The notes under the pieces: generated by a model
What the model was told of the DNA's origin: nothing
The model's database searches: none
Seen by the model: the letters and a program-made list of their open reading frames with translations, nothing else
Made by a program: the position numbers and the translations under genes
Shown: one piece after another, positions 62,926 to 64,000 of the stretch
How the letters are laid out: each line of letters starts with the position of its first letter
How positions within the stretch are numbered: position 1 is the stretch's first letter
DNA from: Podarcis gaigeae
Lineage: Eukaryota
NCBI GenBank assembly: GCA_964106915.2
Contig: OZ066922.1
DNA: 64,000 bases
Reading direction: 5' to 3' (one strand)

Positions 62926-64000
62926 TTCCCCCACGGAGACCGCCGATGTGTGAGAATATATTCACTTGGTTTCCAGTGCGCTTTTAGAATTACTGTCGGA
63001 AGTGGGCTTTATATATAAACAGTATCTGTATATCTATAAAATGAAGTCTGAGATCTTGGCTATGAGTGTAGCGTTGGAGCAAAGAAGCTGAGCTGTGAAC
63101 CAGGAATCCAACCCTTTCCAGGAACTCAATAAGTGGTCTTAGACATATATATACCCCCCCAACCTGCATTTCAGTGCTACCTTACAGGGTTGTTGAGAAT
63201 GTGTTTCAGAAAGGAGCAGCAGCTCAGACCCTAACTGGCTGACCTCCAATCTCAAACCCCCTCCCCAAATTTCTGGACTCTTTCCCATTGTCATAGGTCC
63301 AGCTTGCCTGACCTGCTGCCAGCCAGATGTAGTACAAAATATCTGGCAGGACCCAGCATGGCGATGGCTGCCCTCGGTAAACATTAAGAGGGCACCCGCA
63401 CAGAATTGATTTCCTCACTCGTAATAGCTGTAAACCAAAGCCCGCTGCAAACCATCCTAGTAGCAGCGACTCCTTGTTACTCTTAGGGTGATATCATATT
63501 CACACACACAGCAAAAATAAGCCCCTGGTATTGGGGAACCCTTGTATTATGCGCAGATCTCTGGGTGAGGATTGGAGCCCCAGGTCCACAGCCAGCATGT
63601 TGCAGCGCCGCGTCTTGCTAGAAGCACGTGGACCTTGTCCGGTATCATTTGACAGCTGCTCCGAGGCGACCTGGTAAAAAGTACCCAGTTGTGCTGGTTT
63701 TTCAAACCAGTGACTCCCTCGTCTCCCTCCCAAGTGCCCGGGGACTCAAGCCTGTGTGTGACCCAGCTCAGCTTTCCTAATGGGAAACCCAAAATTTGGG
63801 AGGGAAGAGCTTTTGTAGTTCAGGGCTGGGAAGGATGGAGACCCAAACAAGTCTGTCCAGCGTAGCCGCATGGGAAATAACTGCTTGCCCCGCAAGGCAG
63901 GCTTCCCCAACGTGGAACAGGAGCAGAAACGACTTGTTGCGGTGCAGCAGTTGAGTGAAAAACTTGGCTGTACATGAGGTCCTGAAAGACGCTGTGGGTA

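Larger units (their letters stand above)
58705..63050 (+). other. ATRN: Putative long 3' UTR of ATRN (3' end uncertain)
   Basis: Follows the stop codon; low density of recognisable transposons until about 63050; candidate poly(A) signals near 62920-63040; mammalian ATRN has a multi-kb 3' UTR. Confidence 0.55.

Overview
Squamate genomic DNA, probably a lacertid lizard (inferred from Sauria SINE, BovB, young L2 and CR1 content). The window holds the 3' end of attractin (ATRN) on the + strand: eight GT-AG coding exons from 1778 to the stop at 58704, spliced in one continuous frame, encoding the end of the ectodomain, the transmembrane helix and the cytoplasmic tail ending PGTCI*, followed by a roughly 4 kb putative 3' UTR. 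The introns are rich in transposons: Sauria SINEs, BovB/RTE, CR1, L2, tRNA-Lys/CR1 SINEs, Tc1/mariner and hAT MITEs, a probable solo LTR and a decayed hAT transposase. The most striking non-genic signal is two very young Penelope-like (PLE) insertions in (TA)n tracts of the same 20 kb intron. One is a 648-bp-arm inverted repeat (28134-29447). The other is a four-fragment alternating-orientation array (45473-46424) ending 210 bp before an exon. Together they carry several minimal hammerhead-ribozyme motifs. Also notable are a candidate mutually exclusive 35-nt exon that would remove most of the TM helix without a premature stop, a 55-bp Sauria SINE retaining both termini, and nested hairpin MITEs in the 3' UTR. 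Nearly all ORFs in the supplied track are spurious. Repeat family names come from recognising motifs by eye, not from a database search.
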